64,000 nt of DNA, taken from Balanoglossus misakiensis (taxonomy: Eukaryota > Animalia > Hemichordata). Positions 49,153 to 62,295 of the stretch are shown piece after piece. The position numbers were made by a program, and so were the translations under genes. The first letter of the stretch is position 1. Every line of letters starts with the position of its first letter. The stretch covers positions 4,856,181-4,920,180 of the forward strand of contig CM082596.2 in the NCBI GenBank assembly GCA_040954595.2. Direction: 5' to 3'. Below the pieces are notes generated by a model. That model had not been told where the DNA came from. It did not search any database and saw nothing but the letters and a program-made list of their open reading frames with translations.

Positions 49153-52100
49153 CTATGTCGTCGTGTAGGAAATGATGTAATTTTGGGTGCGATAAAGACC
49201 AGCATCATTTACAGCAGTGATCGCCACGTAGTGTTCCCTGGTGTGGTCGAGACCTGTCATGCGCATTTCTGTGTTGAAGGTCTCCGTCCACTGAAGCACA
49301 TCGTTGCCACCTCGCACACTGCCGATGGTAACCTCGTACATGAGCGACGAGTTTGTATGGAATATGCCGTCCCAGTTCATGACGACCTCGAAATGATTGG
49401 GCCACGTGCTTCTGATATCATCAGCTGCAGTAATGAAAGATGTGAATAAAAGATTAATAATAGAGGTATTAAAAAATCTACCAAGTAGGTAGATAATGCC
49501 TTGCTCATCAGGAGACGGCCTTCAAAATAATAGATGGCTACTCCAATTAATAATAGATGAACATTAAAATTAATCCACTTGGAGAAAGGATTAATTGGTT
49601 CTTAAAAATAGCCTGTGTTTTCACTACAAATATGGTATTCATTTTGTAAACATTATCAAATTAGTAGATCATGTGATTTTACTTTGGAAATGTCAAACCC
49701 AATTATAATTATTTTCCATATATATTAATCTAGAGACTCTGGTAAACAATAGGTATGGTACTTAAACTGGGACTGCACCAGAGACATGCACAGAAATATT
49801 GGGTACCATAGATAATTAGCCGACTCATTTTCTGAAATAATCGGGTATAGTTTTATCAGCCACTTGAGATAATCATAATTACCTGACGCTGCAGGACTGT
49901 CTGTTTCTATGGTAACGTTGGTCACCACCGCGTCACTCTGTAATCCGACAAAGTTGACTGCTTTGAGGTATACTTGGTAGGCTTTGTAGGAGTTGAGGTG
50001 GAGACCCTTGAAGATGGTGAAATGCTGGCCGTCATGGCCGACATCGTACCACTCCGTTTCCAAATCTTCCCCTGCTATTTTACACTACGAGAAGAAGAAA
50101 AAGAACCATCAGTTAAATTAAGACAAGAAGTATACAACTGTACCGTACTAGTCATCTTGTTTTGAAGCACACTTTGTGAAGAAAACATACTGAGAAATTA
50201 TTCTGATAGCTTCCCAGTAGACAAATATCACTTTTGCAAAAGATGGACATCTTGTGATAGTCAATTTTCCATCACGGATTTACGTGAAAGATCCATCTCG
50301 TACGATATAATTGCTACTTGTAGATCTTCTGAATAATTTATAACATTATGATGAGCTTATATTTCAAACACAATAGATAATTTCACAATGATGGCTAATG
50401 AATATGAATTATTAATAAAGTTACAAAAGACAGGGGTATCACTGTTGATGATGAAAATGTAATGAACACAAGAATTATTATTCAGTGGTGATGAACACAT
50501 TAATCCAAAGAGGGCTTACACAAACATCTTCAAAACCTCATTAAGTTTATCGTCCAGATAGTCTCACGCAGACATATATACTTGTTTGTACCTTATAATA
50601 TTTGATGCCAGTTAAATCCTGAAATCCCTGCCAAGCTACGTTGATCATGTTCGTTTGTGGCTGGTGAGCATTCTTGGTGGGATAATGTGTCCTTGAATTG
50701 GTTGTCACGGAAACCTGGGCGTGGTCTGCGTCTGGCTGCTCCGTTACTATGCGGATACCATTGGATATGATTTGGGCTTGCAGTCCAGCATAGTTGTGGC
50801 ACCGTATTGTGCTGAATAAGGTCTGTCCGTTGACGATTGACGATAACTGGGTCTGAGCGCTTCCGAGTGAAGCAGTTTGCGTAAAGGGTTGAATGTTTAT
50901 TGACCCTGGACTCAAACCTGGGAAATGACAAATGGCAGTGAACTTCATGAGAATCCATCTGTCTGATGGAATTTGACTAATGGAACTTAGAAAGAGTCTT
51001 CGAGTTTCTCAGTATGAACAAGTTCAAATCAACCACTCCATATATAGTAAACGTCAAACACAATTTGTAGTTTAGCGCTACACAATTATGAAATGGGCCA
51101 TTTGTGGTGACAGCAGATATATTCCACTTCATCGCTGAACAACAGAATGATGTTAACACTAATATTTCAGAATGGTCAAAGCTCCATTAGCTGTAACTTA
51201 TGTTTTCAGCATTTTTTGTGTGTGTATCTACTGCAGTTTCTTGTTCAAATCCCTGAAGCATTATGAAATGCCCAGTATCCAGCCAAGAAACTACATTTGA
51301 TATGGAGAACAAAAAAAACTGTAAATAAAGCCAAAAGTTACAGCAAATGTCCCTTTAAATCATTGTCTAAGAAGAAAGTGTCTTTGTATTACCTATGGCC
51401 CATTCGCAGTAGTCAACTCCGCTATCTTCATCAGTGACCTGCCATGTGACAGTCACATCGCCAGTACTTTGGTATTGCACATCTTCATCTGTTCCATCCT
51501 GTGAAAACAAAAGGGACCAGTTCTCAATATCGTCCTTGTTCAAATGATTTCTTTTTTCTTGTTTCTTACGACAAGCGCAATACAGTAATGCCTTAATTGT
51601 CCTGAACTGAAACAATGATTTCTCTTGTTTTGTTTCCTATGGCAACAATAGCTCAGTACCGCCTTAATGACTGAATTGTCCTGAACAGAAACAAAGAAAG
51701 GACATACTGTAAAACAGGTTATTTTTGCGTCAGGAAATTTTCGCGATATCGAAAGAGCCAACTGTTACGCGAAGATTAATTTTCGCGTTCTCGTATTTCA
51801 CTGCCTCGTTATCTCCGAAAAACAATTTTACGCGACTTTTTATTCTCGCGTTTTGTTGGCTCTCGCGGATTTCGTGAAAATTTACTGCTCGCGAAAATAA
51901 CCCCGTTTACAGTTTATAAGATGCCACTGCTTACCTTTATACAACAAATCCGAGGTGGTGTCAAGTCAATGAGTATAGGATCAGAGTAAGCAACCGTACG
52001 CAGGCCGGCGGCATTTTGTCCGACCACAGTCACATGTACAGACGATCCGGACAATAGATGCAAGTTATTGTTTTGACCGTGCGAGTTTCGCCCAACAGAT

Positions 52101-55100
52101 GTGAACCCTTGAAGTTGGGTGCCGCCTGGTTTGCAGAGGTAAAGAACATAGAATGACAACTGGTCTTTGAATTAAGTGCTGTGGGCACTTATAGTGCTTC
52201 CTTGCTCCTTTACTTGCCCGTGTTCTTGGAGGAAGAATTGATCCAGAACTTGAATAGCCGGACGGAAGTACTAAAGCATCTTAAGACACAGCCATCTATC
52301 TTCTATACTTAGAAATCAGGACTACTGAGTATGTCTTGTTTCTACGTTTTACTTTTACAGCGGTTGCCGCAAGCTGGCAATAAGTGCAGTGATATGTGGC
52401 AAGTGTCACATGTTAGGCAGGACGCGATTTACATGTCGCGGGCATTACATGTTATGGGTGTAAGACATTGGGCAATACGCAATTGCCATGTGGTGCATGT
52501 TACCTGTTGGACAGGCCGGATTGATAAGTAGCTGGTGTTATATGTTGGGCAGGATTCGCTTGGTATGTGGCGAGTGTTAGATGCTAGGCAGGACGCGATT
52601 AATATAGGGGGTGGTGTTACATATTGGGCAGGATGCAATTGATAAGTAAGTAGTGTGTGCTACATGGACCACTTCGCGGATAGCATAACGCAAGGTGTTG
52701 TGGGACAGTTTGCGTTCTGAGCACGTGCGTTAGCCATGTACTAGACGCTATGTTGAACGCAAATTATACCATCATGCATTGCAGATACCCTATCCGCGAA
52801 GTGGTCAATGTTGGGCAGGATGCGATTGATATGTGGCGGGTGTTAGATGTTGGGCAGCACACACTTGAGCGATTAACAGATAACCTTTCTGATTCAACGT
52901 CCTACCTTCAACTGTACCGATCGCCCACATGTACTTAACCATTGAACTTTCGAGGTCCACCATATTCCAGCTGGCATGCACCGAGTTCCAGTCGTGGAGC
53001 ACTTGTGTTTCCACGTGTATAGGACTGGTATATTGGTAGAGTGGATTGGGTTGTGATTGTGGTCTCCTGCTTCCAAGACCCACATGGCGTATTTCGACAT
53101 TGTCAACAGCTATGCCTGTAAGAAATCAAAAGTCTGGTTACATGACAAGCAAAACAAGTAAAACTCACATGTACAGCTTTATTACTTCAACAATGCATTT
53201 TTTATGCAAAACACTTGTTCTTCAGAAACACATTACACCAACTACATTACAAAGAATCCTTTGATCATCATTTTATCTGATATCTTCTTCATTGGTCATT
53301 CATATTATGCACAGAATACACCAACTCTTACATGCAACCTCAACTTACCACTTTTCGTTCCAAGAGATCCGAGAACAACATCAGAAGTGGACTCTGCTGC
53401 AGTAAAATAATACACGTGTCGATGCCAGCTGATTTCCTCGGCGCTATGGTGACTGTCATGGCGTCCAGGTCTTTGGTACAACTTAAACACGTGATAACCC
53501 CCCGGAACTTGAACAAATCCCTCTTGTGACATGAGTGGGGTCTGCGATGGGTATATGTGGCTGCAGTAGAAAGTCACTCGATATTTTTCGCCAACGGCGG
53601 AGACGAAACTCTGCGAAATGTCTCCGTAGACCTCAACGTAGGAAACGCCGTCTTGCGCGATAACTGCAGTGGACACGACGACGCCGGCTCTTCCCTGGAC
53701 TGTCCAGTCCGTCGGTACGGCAACAACAGAAGTCACATCGTTGTCCGAGTCCCCGCCTGCTGTGGATGCCGTCGTGTTGTCAAACACCAAGTCCCAATCT
53801 TCAAAGGATGGATTCGCGACCATGTTGACACTGAACGAGAACCTCTCCTCCACCAGAGGCGGAGTTTCATCAACAGTGATCCCGTTTGAAACAGCAGCCT
53901 CTGATTCTAACCCTGCTGCATCAACAGCGATCACTTTGCTGAAGTATTCTTGTCCTAGGGAAAACAAATGAGAGAATTCATTATTTGGATCACGGTATAC
54001 TTAAGACAGCATGAATTTATTAAAAAATCAACAAAATTATGTAAAAATGCAATATGGTAAATATATTCACATCATGGCTTGATAGAACCACAGAAATGCA
54101 AATACTGATATGTGAATATCTGATACGTGCGTCGCTAATATGAAGTCTTTACATCAAAACTTACCATTGTTCATAGCATTTGTCAGCGTCCTAGAAGCAG
54201 AAAGCCTCAGCCCAACATTTTCGCAAGGTAGTATGTCATCACTCCCAGGCGAGCTACCAACACACCAAAGATAATGATCCAGATACGACTGGAGGTCTAA
54301 GAAGCCGTGCCAAGACGCAGCCACGATGTTGGTGACATTCTGATAACTGGCATCGTGGATTCCAAGGCCATCGTAAACGACACCCTTGATCGGGTTGGTG
54401 GTGTCAACCTTAAAAAAGCACAACAGAGTTTTATGAAAAAAATTCAGTAAAATGATAAACACAAATTACTTAGCATCTATTGCAATGCATCTTTACAGAC
54501 TATTTTTCCTCATTTTACATCTGGAAAACTTTCCAGGCATCCTATACATCAAAAAGGGATCAGTAATAAAATACTTCTCTTTTCTTTTCTTGCTATGTTA
54601 CCAAATTTTCTTTTCCCTTCCAAGATCCACCAATATGCAGTACAACAACTTACCACAAAACCATCAGATGAGGCTGTTGCGTAGAGACCAGCTAGGTTAT
54701 ACGCCCTGACATTGCTGTAGTATCTGATACCTTCTTGTAATTGTAACCCTTGTAACTGAATGCTTGTTCCTGAACCTTGCACTGTGGTAGAGCTGTATGG
54801 GGAAATATCCTCACCTGTGGTAGCGAATGAGATTTGCTTGAGAAATTACAAAGCAAATGTCTCTCATCTTTGGTTGATGCTTAGCGATAGTTGCTAAACA
54901 CAAACACCCCATTAAACTTCCATGTGTAATACATTGACAATCACAAACTAAAGGGTAATTGTTACTTTCTTCCTACCTCCAATGTGGGTACTCAGTGATA
55001 CAGCAAAGTGGTCAATGTCAGCTTCATTGTCTCTGAAGACACCTTTCCACGAGATGCCGATGGTACTTGTTGATGTTGAGTAGTCGATGTCTACTAATTT

Positions 55101-58100
55101 CGATAAGTCCAAAACATCCTTTACCTAAAACAAAGGTAAGTTGAAATTAGGAGACAAAGTTAAGTTGAGAGTGTGTGATTGGAATATGCATGTGGATTGG
55201 ACAAATTCATTAGACTGAAATGCAACAAAACTTAATAAAGGGGGGGGGGGTTACATTGTAGTGATGTCCACCCATGTCTGTGGCTGATCTGATCCAGGAT
55301 TAACAAGAAGAACCAACCTTCCTAGATTTGGAAATCTCTGGTGGTGAGTAGTCAGCTATGATGCCATCAGATTGGAACGTAGCAAAGGTATCATCCCCAT
55401 ACCACGCTCTGACATAAAATACATATTCAGCCAGCGGTTGCAGGGAATCTGTGTGAGAAAATATTCCACGTAGTTAACACTTATAACATTTCTGTATAAC
55501 AGAATAAAATTGGCAGAATATTAATGGTGAACACTGAAATTCAGGATAACCTTTCTGAACTACACCACATATGCCAACTTGTATGTCAACTCAAATGTGA
55601 TGCTTACCCATGCTTCTCTTCATTGTTAGCACAGCATTAGTATTCAGTCCGACATCATTCCATATCCGGTCAGAAGAGAGGTCAATGACTCCAGTGCCCG
55701 GCTGATCCCCTTTAGTGCCAGCACTCCATTCATAACGTAAAGCGAGATTGCTTCCTGAGAACAGAATGCATGTCATTGATACCTGATTACATGCAACCAA
55801 AACCAACAGGCATGTCTCCCATATAAACATGGTGAAAAAGTAATATTTCCCTAATGATGAATGTTGGGCTTGTTGGAAACCAAACAATGTACATATGGAC
55901 AGTTACCTGCTGTGGTTGTCTTCCAGGCGGCAGCTAGTGCACAATTAGACGGACTGTAGTCAACATCCTGTGGTGAGGAATTGTCTAACTGGCGGTAGTT
56001 GGTGACGTCAAATATTTCAATTTGTTGATATGATAGATCACCTGGATAAAAGGGAAAATAAAAGTTACTTCCTATGACGATTTTTATCATTTAAAAAAAA
56101 ATGCAAACTATTGAAAATTTGGTAATATCAACTATATGCTATGGCCAATACTCATATACAATTCTAACACTTATCATGCGATTATGTGTGCATATGTGTA
56201 ATTATGTGGTGTTTAATCATCGATCATCCATACCAGGAGAATGGCAGATTCTCACCTGTAACATCATTGCAACCCGGTCCAGATGGTGGAACACACTCCG
56301 TGTTCTGGGGTGCACATGTACAATGTCCCACGCAAGACTTGACTGAACACCTTCTCAGCAGAGACAGGATTCCACTGACTGAGTTGGACTGTACAACTTC
56401 GAATGTGTCATGCGCCTCGTAACTTCGAAGGCCAACCTGCAAGGAAAAATGATCCAACATGGTTTCAGATGCCATATAGAAGACTTTTCACTCAATCACA
56501 GAGGACTTTCTTCAGGAATAAACTTTAAGACTGTCCCACATACAATCATTGAAAGGCTGAAAACACGTATGCAAGACCTACCCCATTAGTAGCCCACACT
56601 GTTACATATATATGTTCCCCTGGAACTAAATCTCTGTCAATGTTCACCACGCTTGTTTGAACAACTCCTTCGTCGTAATGAGAAACACCGTCCTGGTAGC
56701 TAACCATTACCGGACCAGACTGTAAAGTAGACAATAATCACAGGTCATAGTGACGTGAATTCATCAGAAAAGAGTGCTAGCTGTCAGGGTGACGCTTTTA
56801 TTTTATTTGTTTCTCATCTCCAGAGGAATAGTCAGGCAGGGCGGGCGGGCGAAATAAAAAAAAAACGTGTACCAAAAAAAAAACCTGTTTCAGTTCCATG
56901 TTTTATCCATTACAAACAAATGTGTAGGCCTATTTGTTTCTGTTCAATGTTCTGGCTGTTCAGTCATTGCAATTTCTTATCTTTCAGTCCAGTGTCTTGT
57001 GCTCTCTGTCCTTTTAGTCACTATAATTTCTTGTCTTTCACTTTAATGCTCTGTCCTTTCATTATCTACAATTTCTTCCCTTTCCTCCGGCCTCGATGGC
57101 TTCAGCCATGGTCCGACACGACCGCCATGATGAATATGACGTCATATTTGCAAAATCTCACAATTAGCCGTTGGGGGCGCTGTTGCTAGGATGATCGCCT
57201 CAGGCTCAGAGTCGGCGCAAATAAAACAGTTTTTTTTATTTTCATGTCGGAGCTGAAATTTACGGTCGGTCGGGAGATGAGAAACATAGAAAATAAAAAC
57301 GTCACCCTCACACAAAATACTTGAATATTAAAGGACAACCCTGACCCAAAATCAACGAGTTTGAAAAGTGTTTTAGACTAGCTATTGGTAGACAAATGGT
57401 ATCATTACAGATGTGGATCTTGTTTTCAACCAGGACTACAAATATTATGGTGACGTATATTCTTAAATCATTATCAATAGAAAGTCACAAACATTTGATG
57501 TGGCACTCACCGAGGTTAACTCTCTTCCGCTGAAAGAAGTTCCAACAGTGACGTGGTAATGACTGATACCCGAGTGGATATCAGAAAAGCCGAGCCAGGC
57601 CAGCTTGACGCGTGGCGGGTCGGAGCCCTGGGTCTGTTCATACGCCATCCAGCCACTCTTGTGACGTGTCAGATCGGCTGCGTGCTCCGTGTCCACCGCA
57701 AACATACCAACAGTTGGAGGAGTTGAGTCCACCTACACGAATGACGGTGTATCCACACATTAGAACAGAACAAATGATGTTTTCACAACTTGACTATCAA
57801 GATCACATTGACTTTTTTCCAAATATTGTTCACAATGTGATTTTCACTTACCAATACAGCAGAGGTATCACTAGACGTGCAGAGTTTAGCGCCATTGCAG
57901 TCTATGATCTTGACATAGTATTGATCGCCGTCGTGAAGTTCAAGGCCGGTGAATGTATATTCATTGTCACTGCCACTCAGCTGTAGGACAAAGGGGTGTT
58001 GAGAGAAACACACGGTTGACATAGGTGCAATCATTTTTTTTAAAAAGACTCGAAAGTGCCAAGTGTATGAGCCACTGTGATAAAATACGAGTTTAATATC

Positions 58101-61100
58101 GCAGTTAAGTTACCTCCACGGGTTCGATCTCCAGTTCTGCTTGGTGGTGAGTGAAAACAGACACCTTCTGTTTCACAATATGACTTTCATCGTCATCAAA
58201 TCTCCATTGAACTTTTAGCAGAGACCTCCAAACCTGGTGTAAAATAATTAGTAGTTAGCTTATGTTTATAATTGATGAAATTCAAACAGTTCAAGTCATC
58301 ATTTACCATCTTTACATATTGAGAGTCTATACCAGAAGGAAACGAGATATTAAGAGTGGACTACTTGCTTTGCGAAGTATGACTGACTTGGACATGGAAA
58401 AATATGAACAAAGTATTGCCTACATAGAATAATTTTAAAAGATGGATTTGTTTGAAACTAAAACTAACTGTACATAAAAAGTCTTGGAGTAGTCTGATCA
58501 ATAGTGTGCTAATACTTGTGCTGCATGCTTTTTCCTTTCTCACCTGGGTGCCATCTTGTAAGGAGCCAAGACTACTTTCAAATACAGGTTGAGTAGAAAC
58601 TACAGGAGGCGTATTATCAATGATGAATCCATTGGACGTCTTCTCCACATACAGACCTGTCGGAGAAAATTTCAAAACGAATTGTTTGCAAAGGGATCTA
58701 ACATAATAGTACAAGACACAACTGGGATTCTGACAGTTTGAGCTTGGTTGGCTGGTTGAAATCAAATGCCAAGAATGTCTTCATTTTATGCAATCTGTAT
58801 TACTTTATTTGACAGACAGTAAGAGTGGCCTCTATGTCAGCAAGCATATTTAGAAATGTCATATGTTGCAACTTACCAGCTTTGTTGACTGCTCTCACAG
58901 TAACATAGATATCTGTGTTGGTGGGTAATTGTGGAGATAGACCAGACTTGAAGACTTTCTCCGTGAGGTGTAATTTTGCTTCTGGTATGACATCACTACC
59001 ACCTGGTGTTGTGCCAGCCCTCCATTCGTAGTGCGACAGCGTCGATTGTGGGTCGTTGAAGCCGAACCAATGAGCTGCTATCGAGGTCCTGTTATGATGT
59101 TGCAGAAACAGTTACATTCATCTTCCATTTTCAGACTTAAAAGTTTGCTTATTTGAACGTAAATCCTGTGAAATTTTCTATAATTACTGTTGCTTATGAG
59201 CTTGGTCCAATCTTTGTCAGTGTTGGCCAAGTTTACCAAGTGTATTATTTGATGTCCATTTTGCTTCACTTTCCTTTTATGCAAAATGCAGTATCCATAT
59301 ACTTCATACATTTTATTCAAAATATTGTGTAGCTCAAATACAGAATCGAAAATTCATCAACATTCATACTGCACTCTTCGATGACAGCTAGACATTAAAC
59401 ATACCTGGATGCTTGATAGTTGATGTCGCCATCACTAGCGCCATCGTAGACCACTCCCGCAACTGGAGGCGAATTATCCACCACAATACCATCAGATGAG
59501 ACTGTTGTGCACAGGTCAGCTGCGTTGCAAGCAGTCACTGTCGCATAGTACTTGATACCCGGTTGTAGATTTAGATCTGTGGCCGTCATTTCTGGAGAAA
59601 AATATATACAATAAGCAACAGACTTCACTGGTGGATTTTACTGTTACAGATTCTGATGCAGTTGGGGATTATGTCGGGATCATCCAACATGTTAATACAT
59701 CCCTCCCATCTCAATACACAAACAATTAAGCATGTGAACACATCCCTAGGCCCCATCCAAAAATCTCACATTGTCAATATGGTCTGATGTGTGGTCTGGT
59801 CTAATATGGACAAGACTGGTGTCAACTGATTTGATGTGATCTACATCCAAAGAATATCCAATCTAATCCTTCAAGTTACTGTACTCATGTGCTCTATTCT
59901 ATTCTATTCTATTCTATGCTTGCCTTATCCCACTTCGCCTTAACCAAAAACAATACTCACCAGTTAACACCCCAATGTTTTGTTTTTCCATAGCATCATC
60001 ACAACCCGCACAGGTTCCTATGCTCCAACTGTAACTTACAATGTCTGTGTGTGGATCATGGAACCCTTGCCAGCGAGCAGTTAGGCTTAAGATGTCCGTC
60101 TGAAAAAAACAAACCATTCTTGTTAATATGTCAAAATTTCACAGTAATCTCCAAATTATGTACTTTCATGTAGATGAACAGTGGCTGTCAACTCCATTAA
60201 CATTGCACAATGAAGAGTTGTTTTGTGAATTTTTAAATTTCATTGTTCCTCTAATAACACTGTAATTTGTGAGTTTATATGTACGCTGAGAATGAACTTG
60301 AATGATGGAGGAACATAAGTAATAATCAGAATCAATATCTAATAACAAATACTTCCTTCTTGTATCAAAAGTTTAGAAATGATGTGTTTACCTGATAGTC
60401 TTGATCAATATTGTCCGCTGTTGCTATGCCATCATAGACGTAGCCAGCGATTGGCGGAGAACTATCCACAACGGTCGCCCAAGATGTTGCTAGAGTTGAC
60501 AGACCAGCTCCATTGTATCCCTGAATTAGTCAAAGAAAATGAATGGTTAAAGATAAAAACTCCTCTGTTGTTTGGAATATCTGAACAGAATAATGTTACA
60601 TAATGAAAATTTGACAAATGAAAATCAGTCCTCTTTATTACAGTTAGGATTAGTACTAGCCTGCATCTTTTTACTATAATAACTATGTTCATCACATTCT
60701 GTGCACATTTTATTTTGAGTCATATATCATTGGTTCATGTGAATGAGCATACTAGTCTGCCCTGAAAGTGATCCAATTAACCCCTTACTTTCACAGAGAC
60801 ATAGTAAAAGTGTCCCTCCTGAAGATCTAGATCAATGTTTTCATCAGATGTAGCCTCCTCCGAGCTGGTTGGAGTGAAGGGCATGATATCAGCAAAGCCC
60901 GGCTGGGATCCGACTGACCATTCATAGCGAGCAATTCCTGAAAATTCGAGCATGGGCGTGTTTTATTATCAGTGAACTTAATTACAACATTATCACAACA
61001 ACAACAACAAACAAGCAAATAAATAATTAAGTATGATGTCGTCTTAATCATCACCTACCACTTTCCAAGTCGACAAACAGTCCATTCCATGAAGCGCTGA

Positions 61101-62249
61101 CGGATTTGGTGGAGAGGTGAAAGCCGCCCCCAACGTCAATCGTGACATCCGTCTTTATCGGTGGTGTTGTGTCCACTGTGACCCCTTCAGACATGGCTTT
61201 GGCTGTGAACCCGACATAGTCCGTACCTGGGATAAGAAACAATAATTAGATACTATTTTTTGAAAACAGACATAAATAAAATGAATTAATTATGCACAAG
61301 GAAACTATCACGTATTTCAAAGGAATTAACATGTGTCAACTTTGGAAAGTCTTGGAAAGTAATTATAAAGTACCAAATTTAAATGTACAGGCCAGTTTAA
61401 AAACTTTCCTTTTGATGTCTGAAGGCCGCTTTATATCACAAGTACAGGACATTTATTTGGCAAGCGTAAATACCTCTAACTGTGACGTAGAATGTCCGTC
61501 CACTTTGAAGTTGCAGATTGTGTGCAACCACGCGATTTGTCAGTCCAACATCAGTGAAATCCCGGACGTCCACGCCACCTGGAGATGTGCCTGTGAAAAG
61601 AAATAATAGACTTGAGATTACATGTGTCCATACTACACAACACACACACACTAGTATGCTACGAGAATTAATCAAGAAACTTCAACCGCACTATCTGACT
61701 TAGACTATGCATATGTTGGGGGTTTAGTTTCAGATGAAAAAGGTAAAGGAACTGAGTTGGTAATGGCGTCTGAGCAAGTGACTGGCCTTGCACCATCTAC
61801 TTACCAATTGCATATTCATATTTCTGGATGCCCGAATAGTGTGTTGTCTGGTCGCTTTCCTCGACATCGACGAAGGATTCCCAGGTGATGACCAGCTCCG
61901 TGCTCGAAGTCTGGTAATTGTGCTTCCCCCACCCGGTCCACACTTTGCCTGCAATGGGCGGAGTGTGGTCCACGGTTATTCCGTCAGCGCAGCTGGACAT
62001 CTCGGGAAGGATTTCCTCCGAGTGTTCGTACACTTTCCTGGTGGTATTGGCGTGGATGCAGACGTGGTACCGCCGGCTGTGGACTAGATTAAGTCCTTTC
62101 ACATTGACGTAGTTGTCCTGCGGGGGAACGGAAGGATTGGGAACATCTCACAAATCCACATCTACTGTGATTCAAACGAGTCAGAAGATTACAGCTCACA
62201 CGCCCACACAGCATCATTCAAGAAAGTCTTTTACTCAGGTAAAATGTAT

Positions 62250-62295
<46 letters not shown>

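Noticed and set aside
52405-52860. 39-bp repeats considered as a CRISPR-like array or coding repeat
   Set aside because: Units are contiguous and degenerate with no unique spacers, intronic in a eukaryotic gene, and there are no cas genes.
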